Below, piece by piece: positions 1 to 13,811 of a DNA stretch of 64,000 bases; within the stretch, counting starts at the first letter, position 1; each line of letters opens with the position of its first letter. This DNA comes from Chrysomallon squamiferum (Eukaryota > Animalia > Mollusca). The stretch is taken from positions 41,168,001 to 41,232,000 of the forward strand of contig CM022665.1 of assembly GCA_012295275.1 (NCBI GenBank). The letters run 5' to 3'. The translations under genes were made by a program, and so were the position numbers. The notes below the pieces were generated by a model. The model had not been told where the DNA came from. It searched no databases and worked only from the letters and a program-made list of their open reading frames with translations.

Positions 1-280
1 TAACAGTGTGTTCAGATACAAATTACAATAAGTAATTTTTTTTCAGTTTATATTTTATTGTGATTAACATTTTGTTTTTTACAAAATTAAAAACAGAAAA
101 AATAGACAAAATGAAATCTTTAAGAATTAACAAAAAGAAAAATGTATTAATAATTAGTCTACATAAGAAAATTCTGTAAATACCAGTGTAATAGATGTTT
201 AATTTATTATTATTATTATTATTTTTTTTTTTTTAAAGAAGAAAATAATCTGAAAATAGAAAAAAATGATAATGTGATAC

Positions 281-385
281 CTTCAGTTGATGCAACTTCA
301 CCAATAAATCTAACAGTTGCAAAGTATCTGTCACTTTTAATACGATCATTTATTTTAAGTTTGGTCCCATCTTCTCTAGTAAGTC
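281..385 (-). CDS. TBCE: TBCE-like gene, coding exon 2 (start of CAP-Gly domain); gene continues left of the window
   Basis: Minus strand reads ttatctgcag|GACTT...GAAG|gtatc, phase 1-1. Translation (G)LTREDGTKLKINDRIKSDRYFATVRFIGEVASTE(G) resembles the TBCE N-terminal CAP-Gly (human ...[24 protein letters not shown]...). Confidence 0.8.
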
Positions 386-1135
386 CTGCAGATAAAATAA
401 ACAAAAATTAATAATATACATCTATAAACAAAGAAACTTAATAATTAAATACTAATTATAACTCATGTTTACTCCTTTGAATATTAATGTTTGTGCTAAA
501 GATCAGTTCTGTTGGGTTTTTCATTTTAATACTATAGGAAAGTGTTGTCAGTGCCTATTTGGTCAAGAGTAGCCAGTAATGTGGCAACAAGGCTTATTGA
601 ATAATTATTTTATAACATAAAAATATGTGTTGTCATTAAGCAGATGCATATTCATTTTTAAAGATACTATCTTCATATGTGGTTTTGTTAGAGTTCGTTA
701 TGTTTATGCTGCCGAACACGAAATTCGATAAAAATACAGAAATTAGCAAACATTTCAATTAATTTGACATTAGGCGTAATTTAGTTTTCTAAACCAGTTT
801 AATAATGAAAAAACAGTTACATTACCAATGTAACTTTTCATATTCAGTGTTTGAAAGAAATCAGAGGGAGGTTTTTTTTTTGAGATTGTATGAAGCTGTA
901 AATACTGATTTCTATTATTAATTATTTAAAAAAATTATAATAATATAAAGAAGTAAAATAAAAATAAAAATAAAAAATAAAAATAAATATAGATTCTCTC
1001 ATTCAGCCAGTATGATTTATAATATATTAATATATAAAAATATGTCAGTGTGTTATTCTAACTCTGAAAATATGCAAAAATTAATATTTATTAACCCTTA
1101 ATAGTTAAACAAATAATAGTATTGAAAATCCTAAC

Positions 1136-1148
1136 CAGCGTCTTCCAT
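1136..1148 (-). CDS. TBCE: TBCE-like gene, 13-nt first coding segment (MEDA+G)
   Basis: Minus strand reads caacATGGAAGACGCTG|gttagg. Strong start context, and its phase-1 donor matches the phase-1 acceptor at 385; exon 2 has no in-frame ATG. Confidence 0.7.
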
Positions 1149-1732
1149 GTTGCTTTGGTAATATATCAAATTGTAAACCAAAAGATATTTCGAAACGAAA
1201 TATTTTTAGTTTATTAATAAGTAGTAATTTCTTTCAATTAGAATATTTTGTTTTATATCATTTTATTTACTGACTTTGATCGTCTTTTTTTTTGGTTTGG
1301 TTTTCTGAGTGTGTATTATCTTATTATGTTATATTACAGTAATGTCATTTAAGAATTCCAAAATAATATAATTTTGTACATCAAATTGCGAAGGCAAAAC
1401 GTTAGCAATAAATACTGTTTATCGATTGGTTTACAAGGTAGAAGAATCTAGCCGGTTTGAATTAAAAATCACAAAATACTTCAGTAGCTAAAGATTAAGC
1501 TTGGTAATGTATTCAGTTAAAATACAAAATACATTATTTAGAAGAATAGCTACTAGCTATTTTATATCAATCATAAAATTATTATAGAAAGGATCCAGCA
1601 ATCGATAATAAAATACAGACGAAAGTGAAATTGCTTTGACAGTAGCATCCGCTTCCGTCTGTCTATGTTTACTAACAACTTTGCACTTGTGGAAGTTAAC
1701 TTGTAGTGTTTTATGATGACCACTTCGTCAGA
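1149..1732. promoter_or_regulatory. Putative bidirectional promoter between TBCE-like (-) and AREL1 (+)
   Basis: Divergent start codons at 1148 and 1733. Locally CpG-richer, with DRE-like ATCGAT at 1421 and 1601, ATTGG (CCAAT box) at 1425, ETS-like CCGCTTCCG at 1649, and YY1-like AATGGCGG over the AREL1 ATG. Confidence 0.6.
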
Positions 1733-1916
1733 ATGGCGGTTCATATTTGGTTTATTTTGTCTCTGATGATTTGCTATTTAATCTGTCTCCAGTATGTGTT
1801 TTATCTTCGTTTCACTTACACGAATCACAGAACTAAGTGTATTCAGGAGTTGGAGACTTGGTTGACTGAAAGTAATTTGAAGACGATTTTGCCATTAAAA
1901 TTCCTTAATAATGAAG
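1733..1916 (+). CDS. AREL1: AREL1 exon 1: hydrophobic signal/anchor plus start of SAM-like repeat
   Basis: MAVHIWFILSLMICYLICLQYVFYL...ELETWLTESNL...FLNNE G|gtatat, phase 1. Confidence 0.75.
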
Positions 1917-2158
1917 GTATATTACGCTTAGATACACAAATATGAAAGTATACAATACTGACACCTTCAAACAGCTATATACAGTATTATTTGGCTAATA
2001 CTTACTCATAATTATCAAAATATTCACCATATGGATCATCAGTTCTTCCGCTTCATTTCACTTTCATTATATTCAAACAGCTGACACAAGTAATTAAAAT
2101 GACAGATCATGAACAATTAAAAACAAATTATAGATATAAACTTGTCTAGAGTTTCACA

Positions 2159-2206
<48 letters not shown>

Positions 2207-4128
2207 TAAATAAATAAATAAATAACATTGCCAAAAATAATGAAACTATAAATATTATGGGGTTTTGCATAAAGTTTTACCAAAATTTATGAGGATATTT
2301 ATATACAATCTTCCACTGGAAATGTATATATATTTGTGTCAAATGCAGTGCAATGTGTCATTTATAAATATATTACATACAATGCTCAGATAGAGAACAA
2401 GGGAAGCTTAAGATTCATGTGCAGATGATAGAAACTCAAAATATGAAACTTTAAATCAGCAGTGCATACATTTATTAGACTAAGTTATTTCAGATAGAAT
2501 GTCCAGTGGTATTCACAGCATGACATATAATAAATGACTCTTTTTGAATATTGTAATAATAATAATAATAAAATGTGATACAGCACTAATATTACCTAAT
2601 TCATCATATTGTTAAACACTTTTTGTTGTATGATTATTTAAAATTTGTTTCAATTTTTCATTTGTTTTAAAACCTAAAAAAAAAAAAAAGTATTATTTTT
2701 AGGTTATTACATCCTCACACATTTAAATGTTTAAAGACGAAAGTTTCATTTTGTTTTAGTATAGTTACTTGAAATAAATAATTTTAACCTCATTTTACAA
2801 GCATAAAAAAAAGAAGAAGATAATTATTATTATTATTATTTCTTTTTAGGTAGATACTGGTTTGTTAACACCTCTTTATTCACTGTGTACCAAAATAATT
2901 ACCTTTATTAAGAAAAGGCAATAAACAACAATTTTCTTTTATTAGATTTCTTAGCACTGCCATGTAACAACTAATATTCCCTTAGGTGATAAATAAAGCT
3001 ATCATTTCATTGGAATCAACGTTTAACGCGATTTTTGAACTGCGGCTAAATATGCCTTTCTGAAAAAGACAGAAATATCACTTGTGAACTTTTCATCATA
3101 TGGTCATAATAATACAGAATCTGAATTTGGATTTGTAAATAATATTTAGTACTATCTGTAATATATACACTCCATTCTGTTTATATATGGTATTGTATTT
3201 TCATATCGTGTGTATATAATATAATGTATTTTTGTATATACAGTAATTATAACCTAGTTAACGAAATGGGTTTTTATTGATTTGTCTATCATGTTTGTTA
3301 GTATCAGATTTCAGTATGTCACTGACTGAGTAGAAATAATATTCAAAATATTATGTAACTTCTCGGTTACTTGTACATTCATAATGTAATTTCTCTATTC
3401 TGTCTCTCATTCTGTTTTCTCTCTTTCTTTTTGTCTATTTTTTCTTTTTCTCATATATGTAGTTTTATTGTGTATGATTACAAATATAATTTTTTTAAAA
3501 TTATTTTATTGAATGCATTGACAAGTTTAATAATAAAATGTATTAGCTTTATATATTAAATAAATAATAATAATAATAACATTCATATTATACATTTTAT
3601 TTCTCCAAATTCACATAATAATACAAAATGTTTTTACAAAAGTAATAATTACTGTATGAAAATTAAAATTGAAACAATATAAATATATTTTTTTAACTAA
3701 GAGTTACTTGTTATGTGGGCATAATTTCTTTATTCAGTATCTATACTAAATAAAATAACTATTTGTTAACATATAAAAGAAACTGCATAAGAACAACTGC
3801 ACTCTCTCTCTTTATATACATATATATATATATTTAAAAAAAATGAAGAATATCTAAATACAAAAAAGAAAAAAAAAAAAAATGTGGGAGAATAATCATC
3901 AAGATTAAAATATCTGAAAAGTAATGTAACCAATATCAAAACATCATCATCACCATTATTATTATTATTGTTATTATTGTTATCATTATCATCATCATCA
4001 TTATCATTATCATTGTCATCTTCTTCCTCCTCATTGTTATTATTATTGTTGTTATATTATCTGTATTATCATCATCACCTTTATTATTGTTGTTGTTGTT
4101 ATTATTGTTATTATTATTATTATTATTG

Positions 4129-4181
<53 letters not shown>

Positions 4182-4696
4182 GTTATTGTTATTATTATTT
4201 TCTCCAGGGATAGAATGTCTGGAGGATATTGTCATGCTGAATGATGATAAACATACAAAGGTTTTCAAGTCTTTTTCATCAAATGAGAAGAAGCATGTGA
4301 AAGTTAAGATTAAACTGTTGAAAGAGAAGAAGATTTTTGAATGCTGGCTCCATGAAAATGGGTTTGGAGATTGTCGAAATTTGTAAGCACTTTTTATTTC
4401 TCTCATTATAAACATGTAATTTAAAGCAGCATATGACGTCAGTGTGTTGTGTATTTCAAGCCCTTTGACTTTAGATATAAGCAGCGTAATTCTTATCTGT
4501 GAATAGTTATGGCAGTAAATGTTTGTGTGGTTTTTAAAAAATGTAAAAAAAAAAAAAAATTAATTTTTTTTTTTTTATTTAAGTTAATAAAATTAGAGGA
4601 AGAGGAGATTAGCTTAAGGAACATTGAATTTGGATCCATCATCCAGAGATTACCAAATAAGTTATTTCTCATTCCAACCAATTTCCTTAACTTATA

Positions 4697-4735
<39 letters not shown>

Positions 4736-5203
4736 TATGTCACACAATAAAACACAAATGAAATACAATCTGAGAGCATACTGGTATTAGGTAATACTTC
4801 TCATATTGATTAACCCATTTTTATGTTATATGGTTATTTATGGTTTGTTTCAATATTGTATTTTTTTTAAAATTAATATTTATTTTTATTTTTTATTTTT
4901 ATAAAAACATTTTAAGGTTGTTATAATTTTTATCCTCACACACTCAAGTGTTTCAAGTCATAAAATTGGTTTTGCCTTAGTATAGTTGCTTTCAAATAAA
5001 TAATTTTAAGTGTGCTTTATAAGCATAAATATTAATTCATTCACTTCACTGTCACTTGTCCATGGTTGTATCTTTCTTCACCCACATATAAATATGTAGA
5101 CATATTAAGTTTTCTGTGTGGATTTTCAAGATGATGTTTTTTTATTCACAATTTATCTGTCAACACTTCTTTATTCTCTCTGAATCAAAATACATACATC
5201 ATT

Positions 5204-5241
<38 letters not shown>

Positions 5242-5295
5242 GTGTGTAGATGGATGGATGGATAGATATACAGATATAGATGTATTGGTAGACAC

Positions 5296-5344
<49 letters not shown>

Positions 5345-8300
5345 TATATATCAGAAGGTGTTTCCAGGTATAATCAATCCATGTTAATGTTATCACTCAT
5401 GCATCCTGCTATGGTCTACTTATCAGCAAACCACTCTGAAAGAATGAATAAATAATGTTTGAGGTCAAACAATAACATGAGCTATTTGGTGCATATATGT
5501 TGGCAGATAAAAACATGGCTTAAATACACACATAATGGCACATTGTAAATGATTTCTACCTTCACTATTTGCTGATGATTCTTCTGAACAAATAATTAAA
5601 TTTACTGACTGCATATATATGATGGTTGATGACAAATAAAATTACGCACTCTGGTTCTCTTAATAATATATAATTGTAATATCATTTATTCGGTATTAGA
5701 AAATAAATATAAGCTCACATAATCTCATTAATGATCTTACATTATTAATTATTTAGGTTAAGGTCATTTGTTAATGGTTTCCCAACTTGTAGAATAATAT
5801 TATTCATTTGGGTTTGAATGTGATAGTCTAGTATCTGATCATATAAAACAAAATGTCACCTTAAATAGGATTTTGAATTTAAAAAATACTTGATAAATTA
5901 TTTAGTGTTTTGTTTCAGCTTTGGAAAGGTTAGTCTCTACTTACTGGTAAATGAAACTAATTTATTGTGATAATATTAATAATGTCAGTTTCAAAATGAT
6001 TTCATTCATGACTTTTAATTTTGATTCAACATTTCATGTTTTGGTTTCAGATTGAATACATTTAGTCTGTATTTTGTAGATGAAATTACTAATGTAATCT
6101 GATCATGTTAATAAAGTTACATTTTAAATTATTTCATTTATAGCTATTAATTTTGACTTATGGTCTCATGTTTTTGTTTTAGATTGAAGATATTTAATCT
6201 GTATTGTAGATGATACCAGTAATTTAATTTGCTCACATTAATAATGTCACATTTTAAATGTTTTTTTTTTTTTTTTTTTTTATCATAACTGTTAATTCTG
6301 ACTTAATGTTTCATGCTTTTGTTTTAGATAGATGAAGTTTGACCTTGTTGGTATATTGTATATTTCAAGACCTTTGACATTAGGAAAGTGAAAGGTTAAG
6401 GCAGTCAACTAATATTTCTTTTTAGTCCTGACTTAATATTGCTTGTTTAAGACTGAAGAAGTTTAATCTGTACTCACAGATGGTAGCGTAGTCTGATTGC
6501 ATTAATAATGTCACATTTTAAATGATTTTTGATCATAACTATAAATTTTATCTTAACAATTCCTGTTTTTGTTTTAGACTGAAGAAATTTAGTCTGTACA
6601 CAGCAGACGACATTGATGCTGGGATAGAAAATACACTTTGTCAAAAGAATGAGGGCAAATCCTGCAATTGTGAGAAGGTGAAATCGCTGGTGTATTTGTT
6701 GAAGAAAAGGAAAAATTATAAAGATGAACTGGTTTCTGATGAAACTTTAAAAGATTATCTACAGATGAAGAAAAGTTCGGGAACAATCATCCCTTACGAC
6801 CCAAGATATTTTTGTAAGTTTTTAATAATGTTAATATCACCATATTTTCTGTTGTAGTGTACTGGAGTCAAATATTGAATTGATATCAAAATATTGTCTC
6901 ATTTCATTCATTTGTGGATTAATGAAAGTAATGTCTGTTAATGCATTGTTTTGTATTCTGTACATAATATCACTGGTTTTTTTTGTTGTTTTTTCTGTCA
7001 TTAGACCCAACCTTTGTCAGTAATAAAGAATGTTAAGAAACCTGAGATTCAGAAAATATATTTTTAATAAATACAGAAAAAAAGAAGGAAAATTAAAAAA
7101 ATTAAAGAAAATTAAAATTGAAAAAAGTGGATAATTTGTTCTCATTGCAATAGTCACACTAGGAATAAATATGTAATCAAATTGTTTGGTATCTCCCATA
7201 AAGTAAAACAAAACATTCTGTGAGTTTATTTTTAAAATAAAAATTCCACCACTGTATTTAATAATATCCAGCTATTGGTATTTCTGTTTTCATTCAAATA
7301 ATATGCTGAATGTTTGCTGAAGGACAAATCAGTATAGATATATTATAAAATTATTATTATTATTATTATTATTTAAAAAACATTACTTTAATTCAGCATT
7401 TTGATTGTGGACATGGTCATGATAATTTATTGCATTAACTGTGACCTAATTTCCATTTTAATTATTTATCTATCAATTCTTTTCATACTTTCATTATTTT
7501 AAGTTATAAATACTGTAGTTCAGCCAAATTCATTACATGTTTTATAAAACTTTTTTGTTTTGTAAGAGTTATCTAACTTGGAACATAATCACTATTATCA
7601 TTGTTTCTACTGAAAGATTTATATATAAGAATAAAGTAGTTAAGCTTTTGACAAAATTACAGTTTACAGTTTGGTTTTATGTTTTTCTGTGTGTTAATTT
7701 AACATCCATTAAATTTTTAATATAAATCAGTGAGAAGGGAGATTTTTTCCCCTTAAAATGGAGATGTTTCATGCTTTGGTAAAAAACATTTTAATGAATG
7801 TTCATTATTATGAAAATTACAGTTATAACTGATTTCTTTATTAAATACTAGACAAAACAATATAGATAAATTTAATACATGTGTTTTTTTAGACATAGAC
7901 TTCAGGGTATCTTGTTAGGTAGGTTAATCTTTTTCAAGTTTTTTCTTTCTATATAATACATTTCTAATTACTTGTTTTATATGCAATATTGCATAAAAGT
8001 GTGCATATGTGTGTGCATCAGTAACTATCTACCTGGCTGACAGTCAACCCACCTACCTATATCTACATATCAAACTAGCTGCCTGTTACCCTATCCTACC
8101 TACCTACCTGCCTATCAATTTTTACATACACACACACACACATATATAAATGCACATAAAATATACAGTACACACACACAGTTATACAGACAGACAGACA
8201 CACACACACATACATACACATAGACACACTCACACATATATATTTTGACATGATATACATTCAGTGTCATAGTGAAAAATATAGAAATAATAAATGTGCA

Positions 8301-9484
8301 ATATCATAAAAAAAAAATGATGTATGTATAATACATACATAAGTATGTAAACTATAAACAAATACAGAAAGGTCTGTTTCAAACAAGAAGGTGTGACAGA
8401 GCCTTTAGTTGTGGTTCATATTTTGCTTGAGTATCTCATTTCCTTTCATCATATTTCAAAATTTGCATTTTGTCATTTTGTATAAATTTTGAAATAATAG
8501 GTTTTCTATGTACTAAATTACTGGTGTGTGTGTGTGTGTGTGTCTGTGTATATGTATGTCTATATATATATATATATGTATATATATTTGTTTTTGTTTT
8601 TGTTTTCTTCTAATGTAGAATAAGAATCACTCTATATTGAAATTCGGTGCAGTTTTACTCAAATTATTTTTCAGTTTGCTCTCTGAATCACAAAGTGAGA
8701 TTTAACTTGTTTAATGCAAGATGTTAATAAATTAGTGAACACAAACATGCATATCTGGCACCATTTTAACATTCCATTTCAACTAAAAATAAAATTTGTA
8801 GTGCCATAAGGTGATATATCCATTTTAAATCCATTCAGTATTCTTAGAACATTCACAGTTAAAAAAAAAAAAAAAAAAAAAAAAACTCTGACCCATTTTA
8901 GCAATACTTATAAACTATAATTCATGTTTGTGAATATCATTTAAAATGATGGCAATTTATTATGAAATCACTGGATTTCTTAAAGTAATTTCTGTGTTGC
9001 AGTGGTACCAGTTCTTTTATTTGTGAATTATAGTAACAGTTGTTACAGAGAATGTAACTGCTGAAATACTGGGGTTTTTTCTTTGTTGTTTTTTCTCAAT
9101 CTTAAGCATTATATTTTACCTTTCTTATATTATTATTATTATTATTTTTTAAATTTTATATTGATTCAATAATTAAGTTATTTTTAAAAAAAAAATTATA
9201 TTTTTTAAATTATAAAAAAGAAAACAAAAGAAAAGAAAATCAGAAGACAACTAGAAAATTAAATACTAGAAAACATTTCTTTACAATAAAATGGCTGCAA
9301 ATATTTTTCTGAAGCATCATTTTTGACTTGTTGTTATTTGTAATTCTGTTATCTTTTTTTTTTAAGACATACTTATTTCCTAAAAGGTTTTTAAAATAAT
9401 GTCAATTATTATATTAGTGATTTAGATTTTAAATGTATTATATTTTTTTTATTTTAATTTTTAAAAGCATAAATTAATTTTTCT

Positions 9485-9520
<36 letters not shown>

Positions 9521-10208
9521 AATGAATGAAATGGAATTAAATAAATAAGATGAGAACAAAGAGAAAAAAACAACAACCCAAAAACAATAATTAATGAACC
9601 AATATTTTAAAGATACTTGCTATTAATTTTATCCCATAACTTAATCAAAAAAAAAAAAAAAAAACAACAACAAAGAAGAAAAACTCACTTTGATGGATCA
9701 ATATCTATAAGACATTTCTATTATTTTATTTCATTCCTGCGTATTACGAGAAAAAACCCCATCATCTAAACAACTTAATTTAAAATAATATTTAACAAAA
9801 ATGTTTTAAAATAGAAGATAATGATCTTAACACAAAATACTGTATTTAATAAGGATTTACTTAAATTATCTGCATGACTAGGAAGTTAGATGTGTCATTT
9901 TCACAAAGGCGGTCGTAGAAAAACCTAAGTTTACGAGTGCTGGAGGCTTGGTCAGTAGAATCCAGCATGTTAGGATTGTGAAAGAACACGGGCAGAAATT
10001 CAATTACTTGACAAGAAAAGTGCAGCTCACTGCATTATAAGAAATGATTTTTGTGACAGTATGACATTGATTAAATTCTTTTGGCACCAGCTCATGTTAA
10101 TATAGACAGTGAAGGGGAAACAGAACTTTTGGAGTGCAGTGGTGGGGGTGTCGTTCAATTTTAGGTTGCAGCATGAATTCTTCCAAGCTTTTGTCATTTT
10201 GACTTAAA

Positions 10209-10241
<33 letters not shown>

Positions 10242-10270
10242 AAATAAAAATAGGTGACCTAAGGCTAAGG

Positions 10271-10302
<32 letters not shown>

Positions 10303-10622
10303 ATGAAAGAAAGAAAGAAAATAATGACAAAAAAGCAATAGCAAACAGAAATAGCTTGGAAACAAAGAAAGAAAAATGAGACTAGGAACTACATTAATAA
10401 AAAAAAAAAAAAAAAATAAGATAAACTCATTCTTATTATTAGTTAAAGTATTTTGAAACATGGCTATTAATACCATACAAACATTTATTGAATGGCAGTA
10501 AACCTATTACATACTAACACACTCACACACAGACAAACTAAAAAAATGCATCATTTTGCTTATAAATATAAACATTAGTACTAACAATTATTTAAGAAAC
10601 AAATATATATATATATATATAT

Positions 10623-10661
<39 letters not shown>

Positions 10662-13600
10662 AAACAGTTTTTGTAAAGCACTGATTCTTATAAAGGAAGA
10701 ATAGATTATCTCAGACTATTAATAAACAATACTGAAACATTAATTATTGAAATCAGTCTTCAGAATGTAGTTTCCATACATCCTCAGGACAAGAGTATTG
10801 ACATAATCTCGCAGATGTTTTTTTTTTTTTTCTTTTTCTTAAAGTATCAAAACTTGCTGAATTATTCAAGAGCCAACCACACAGCCTTAGGATTTAAATT
10901 ATATTATATTCTCAAAATGGAGACAGGCTGAGTAAGACACTGGACCTGTCAGTTCTGGGATCTCATGTTTTCTTCTTTTTTTTTTTGAAATTTATGGAGT
11001 TGTAAGTCTGTAATATCTTTTTTTTTCTCTCTCATATATTTATAAATGCACTGATCTGATATTATTATTTAGATAGTGTATGTCCATATGTAAGTTCTTC
11101 TTCTTAATTAATTAACAAATATGCTCTAGACTATTTATGTCTAAACACTGATTTGTGTTCTGATATCTGGCTAATGTTCTAAACTCTGGTTTTTATCTCT
11201 GTCATTCATTAAATAATATATTATGGCATATGTTGTAAACCTTTTTTTTTTTTTTTTTTTTTTTTTTCTCTGTAATTAATAAACAATATTTTCTGGCTAA
11301 TATACTAAACCTTGGTTTTCATCTCAATAATTCATTAAATAATATTAAATGGATACTATTCTAAACCCTGGTTTTTATCTCTGTAATTCATTTAATATTT
11401 TCTGCCTAATGTTCTAAATCTCTATTTTTATTACTGTAATTCATTAAATAACATTTTCTGGCTAATATTATAAACCCTTGTTTTTATCTCTGTAATTCAT
11501 TAAATATTTTCTGCCTAATGTTCTAAAACTCTATTTTTATTACTGTGATTCATTAAATAACATTTTCTGGCTAATATTATAAATTAAATAAATATTTTCT
11601 GCCTAATGTTCTAAAATATTTTTAAACATTTTCTGGCTAATATTATAAACCCTTGTTTTTATCTCTGTAATTCATTTTAATGTTAAAAAACTAATTTTTT
11701 CATTAAATAATATTTTCTGGCTAATATTATAAACCCTGGTTTTTATCTCTGTAATTCATTAAATATTTTCTGCCTAATGTTCTAAACCCATATTTTTATC
11801 TCTGTAGTTCATTAAATAATATTTTCTGGCTAATATTCTAAACCAAGATTTTTATGTCTGTAATTCATTAAATTATCTTTTCTGGATTGTGTGTCTGAAC
11901 ATGACTTTTTACCCAATTTGTTAACTAAAAGTAATCTAACGTAGTCTTGTCCATGCCTTGCAGGCACTGAAACTTCGGTAAAGAATGTTATTATTATTTG
12001 GATTGTGTGTCCATAGCCTAACTTCTTGATTCATTAACTTGTACAACTGTCTGTCATGCTTTGCATTGTGTACCCTGTATAAATGTTCCCCATAATAATT
12101 TATTTTCAGTCACGATATTAAATCTTTCTCAACCTATTATCATATATTTTTTTTGTTAAGATATTTATAATAGCATGCATTTCATTATATTTGTGTCAAT
12201 TTATTTATCTGTAAATACATTTATTTATTTTTAATTTTTTGTTATTTTTTTATTTCTTTTAAACATGAGAAGAATATGCTGTGGCTAACCTTCAGCTTAA
12301 AGAACAGTACATTACCTAGATAATATTAACATTTGTAATCTGAATAGTTTTGGTTTTCTATTCATTTTAAACTTTTCGTTTCAGAAATTTATATTATTAC
12401 CCTAAACCAGACCTTAAACGTTTCAAGACAAAATATTTGTCCTAAAAAGCCTATAATAATCAAACAACTGTATGAAAGGGGGACATCCTTGAAGTTAGTG
12501 TATGCAAAATTGGTAATATTGGTTAGAACATCACTATTCCTAGACTTATTGTGTCATTGATAATTAAACCATTTTCCTTTTATCCACAGACATACATTAA
12601 TATTTCGTACAGTCAATAAAATATAATTTGGAATTTAGATTCCAATCTCTGTAAATCAACTGTGTTAGAAAAATCATAAAATGATGATTATGATGATGAT
12701 GATAGTAATAATAATAATAATAAACAATACAATTTTTTTTAATTATTTAATTTAAAAAAGAAAACAACAACTATATATACTTCACATAATTAGAATCATG
12801 ACATTTGTTTTTGGCTACACACATAAGTACGTATATTTGGTCAGAAAATCACCTCTCTCCCCATCTCAACCACTATAATATTGTCTAACCATCCTTCTGT
12901 CATCTTGTACCTTATGCATTATACCTTATGCATTGTACCTTACACATTGTTGGAAAACCTAAAGCTGTGATACAGAACTTTTATTATACTGGCATATACA
13001 ACTATTCCATTTACTTTTAACATGCACTATTAGACATAATTGTTAGCATTATTTTAATTATTTGTTAACATTATTCCAATTATTTTTAAGATTGGAGTGT
13101 TTTAACATTATCCCAGTAATCTGTTAAAATTATTACAATTTTGATTAATATTTTTCCATTTATTTGTAAACATTATTCCAAATATTTGTTAATATTATTT
13201 AAATTATTTGTTAACATTATTTGAATTATTTATTAGCACTATTACAATTATATATTAATATTATTCCAGTTCTTTGTTGAAATTTTTAAATTATTTGTTA
13301 ATATTTTCTTCAGATTATTCAACATTATTCCAGTTATTTCATTTCAGTTATTTCAGGGTTTTTTGTCAAAATTATTCCAGTTTTTTTTTTTTTGTTAACA
13401 TCAATTTATTTGTTAAAATTGTCCCACTTTTTTTGGTAACTTTATCAGAATTATCTATTAACAAAGATGTATCATAAAATAAATAACTGAGTATTTATTG
13501 ATAGATGAATGTCTGTTGGATTATTAATCTTAATGGCTGTTTCCCTATTGTCCTCTACAGAACAGAGATACAACAAACCAAATCAAAAGATATGATCAAA

Positions 13601-13766
13601 AGACATTTTAACAAATTAGCAGCCAAACATCAAAGGCTGTTACAAATGTATGTGTTTTTGTTGGGGTTAGGATAACAATTAATCATCTAAATAAGTAGTA
13701 TATTATTCTCAAGATAAAAGGTTTTTATTAACAGATTAATTAGGTTAGAATAGATAATGTTTCTTG

Positions 13767-13811
<45 letters not shown>

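Noticed and set aside
3936-4415. Poly-N, poly-L and poly-Y ORFs
   Set aside because: Translations of a trinucleotide microsatellite; only 4208..4382 is a real exon.
9860-10205. Possible nested coding exon
   Set aside because: The most plausible frame hits a stop and no protein family was recognised; kept only as a non-coding island.
11967-11980. Possible microexon (ttgcag|GCACTGAAACTTCG|gtaaag)
   Set aside because: 14 nt would shift the frame and there is no other support.
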